In this document: in pieces, positions 61,208 to 64,000 of the stretch
How positions within the stretch are numbered: the first letter of the stretch is position 1
Layout: every line of letters begins with the position of its first letter
Assembly: GCF_009914755.1 (NCBI RefSeq)
Contig: NC_060925.1
Source: the human T2T-CHM13v2.0 reference genome, Homo sapiens
Direction: 5' to 3' (one strand)
Length of the DNA: 64,000 bases
Notes under the pieces: generated by a model
Seen by the model: only the letters and a program-made list of their open reading frames with translations
Told to the model about the DNA's origin: nothing
The model's database searches: none
Translations under genes and position numbers: made by a program

Positions 61208-63354
61208 AAATTGAATTGCTATTTCAAATTTCTGTGTATCTTCTGGGAAATTTTCTAAAACAAACATCAGAAATAATATATTTGATTTTTCATCGGGAGA
61301 TGTAGTAATCAATAAACATTAAAGTTGTCAGTTATCACATTCCATTTTCTAAGAAATAATTTTTAAGTTTAGTACTATAAGACAACTATGCACTTAATTT
61401 TAATAGAATCTCAGAAGGTCCCGAGAAATTAACTTTTGAGCAGGTATTGAGATTGTTTACGTAAGTGCTGAAGATCACTTCAAAATAGTTTTCAAGAGAA
61501 GTAAAAAATAAAAAGATATTTTTCTCCCTGACTAAAAAGGAAGTAGAGAATAAGGCTTCATTCTAACCCCGAAGGAAAGGTTGTGACTTTTTAGATATTT
61601 GAGTTTATGGTTATTTCTTTAATGCATGAAAATGCATTCTTGTATTTCAGATATTGGCTTGATCTGAGCATTACCCAAAGTTAAGGTGACTTTCAGGTCA
61701 TTTATTTACAGTATCCAACTAGACCTTGGAAGGAAAATGTCACTGACTTATCTGCAATGTTCATTTAATGAAAGCAATGTTAGGGATCTGTGAATTGGAA
61801 AAAGATGACTAATATTAATGATGATTCACATTACTGCATATGGTAAGATTTTAAAGCAATGATAGATTAATATTTAAAAATCCCCATATCAAAATTTTCA
61901 TTTCATTAAAGCTGTAGACCTTTCAAACACTCAAAATTACTTCAGTATAGTTTCTGTCTGATGCTCTTTATATTAGGTATTTGAACCAACCATAAGTGTT
62001 TATATTCAAAAATGTTAATTTCATCAGTTTTGGTGGGTATTTCTTAATTCACAATTCTCCATCTCCAGGAAATTAGGATGACACTTTCCCTCTCTCTCCT
62101 GTTCTGCACTTTATTTGCACTTTGCTTACTTTGTAAATGTCCTTCTCTAGTCCCCTCTTCTATGCTAGTGATTTATTTTCTCTTTTCTCCAATTAACCTC
62201 CTGATAAACTGTAAGTGTCTAACAGTTATCTTACAACCACTCCACTTAGCTTGCTGCTATATACTCTGCTTTTTGCCAACAACTAATGGCCTTCACTTCC
62301 TCCTATTCTTCCCACGACCCCTCCTTTTTAAAGTAATCTAGGAGACATAAAGTACTTGGTCAGACTTTTAAACCAGGACATCAATTTTTAGGCAGTCAAT
62401 AATGAAACAGGCTGACTCTGCATGGAAACCATAAAGAACTTCTCTGCTGACTCTTGCCCAGCTCATCTACATTTGTGAATGACGACACATTTTTTATATC
62501 ATTTTCTTGGAGGGGAGCACAGTAACATTGACATTCCACTTTTTATGTGACAGAATTCAGTGTTATATAAGCTATATAATAAGTAGTAATTTTATTATTA
62601 CCTTCTGTGACCCTCTCCTTCAACCCTCTCACTCCACAAAAACAAATCATATTTAACCATTAGTGTTCGAATTGCTGCACAAGTTAATTGGAAGTATAAC
62701 TTTTCATCAATATAAACATTTCTATTACACTTTACTGTTTCTCAATTTCAGAATACTTGTAAAAAGTATAATTTGCTATTTCAGATGCTAAGAGGGATTT
62801 TAAACCTAGACTATAAATATCTATGATAATATGCGTCACTTCTGAAGTTGTAAATATTTTATAAATTACTCCTTAAATAAAATAATTAGAGATAACACAA
62901 TGCCCCCAAATAGTCTGTCAGTTATGCCATGGAATTTGTGACAAACACATTGTAGATGTCAATGTTTTGTTAAGATCAGTATTCTTCCTCAAGAATCACA
63001 GGTTCTTTGCATTATCCCTACCAGACCATTAATAATCTGAAGTTTTTATAAATCCTTACAATTTTTATTATATTTTCTTTGCTTAATCATTGTGAATTAA
63101 AATATTAACATTCTTTCCCTCTCAGTTTTCACCAAATGTTGAAGCCCTGGATTCAAGTTTTTAAACCATTAAATTTTCAATCTTTCTGCCTCTTATTAAG
63201 CATGCAGCTTAGTCATTGCTATAGTCATTCGGTACAGGAAAAAAACTGAGCATGTTATAGTTTGGAATATATTGGAACTATCATTCCAGGCTTTTATCAA
63301 GGAGGTTATGTTGAATAACACTCTTCTTTTCTAAAAAAAGAAAAACATTAACTA

Positions 63355-63818
63355 ACAAAGAAAGATTGTATACATTTAAGGTGTACAAAATGATGATTTG
63401 GTATACATGTACATTCTGTGGTTATTATCACAATCAAATTAGTAAACACATTCATCACCACCCACGCTGTACATTAGATTCTCAGAACTTGTTGATCTTA
63501 TGACTCAAAGTTTGATCAAAATCTCCCCAATTTTTCCACTTCCCACACCCTGGCAACCGCTGTTCTACTCTCTATTGCTATGAGTTTAACTACTGTGAAT
63601 TCCGTATATAAGTAAGATCATGCAGTATTTGTGTCTCTGTGTCTGGCTTATCTGACATAGCATAACGTTCTCCAGGTTCATCCATGTCTTCACAACTGAC
63701 AAGATTTTCTTCTTTTTTAAGGTAGAATAGTATTCCATTGTGTATATAGATCACATTTATCCACCCATGGAAACTTAGGTTGATTTGTATCTTTGCTATT
63801 GTGAATAATACTGCAATG
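63355..63818 (-). mobile_element. L1MA (8/9-like) 3' end
   Basis: ATTTAAGGTGTACAAAATGATG...CACGCTGTACATTAGATTCTCAGAACTT...GCTATTGTGAATAATACTGCAATG. Confidence 0.85.
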
Positions 63819-64000
63819 TCATCTTTCTTTGCTTTTCTGGATGCTGTGCTCCTCTTTGGGTGACATTTGAAGTATACTTCTTTGCAGAAGAATAGTACGT
63901 TTTTAGAATTTTTAGAGTGTAAGTCTGATACTCATTTCTATTTATGGTACCTTAATTTGACTTAAAAAATGTGCGTGTGTGTGCATGCATGCACTATAAA

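Noticed and set aside
60674-61258. 144-194-aa hydrophobic or basic ORFs
   Set aside because: Artefacts of the stop-free CT low-complexity tract

Overview
AT-rich primate (human-like) genomic DNA, intronic or intergenic, with about half of it recognisable as interspersed repeat: L1PA/L1PB/L1M, AluJ/S/Y, L2, MIR, ERV1/ERVL/MaLR LTRs, MER6 and MER3. I recognise no host protein-coding gene. The long ORFs in the track are decayed L1 ORF2 pieces, Alu read-throughs or low-complexity artefacts. Repeat subfamily names come from my recollection of consensus diagnostics and need RepeatMasker/Dfam confirmation. The best-supported unusual features are products of L1 target-primed reverse transcription: a 51-nt solo poly(A) insertion with a perfect 14-bp TSD, an ERV1-LTR fragment retrocopied with tail and TSD into an L1, three twin-primed (5'-inverted) L1s, and an L1PA3 nested in an ORF1-deleted L1PA6. 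A mostly unique segment at about 37.4-41.6 kb holds two plus-strand phase-0 open exon candidates, a 100-bp long-range inverted repeat and a tight 63-nt GC-rich hairpin, which may belong to an unannotated spliced or structured transcript (inference only). No new biological system can be confirmed from the sequence alone.
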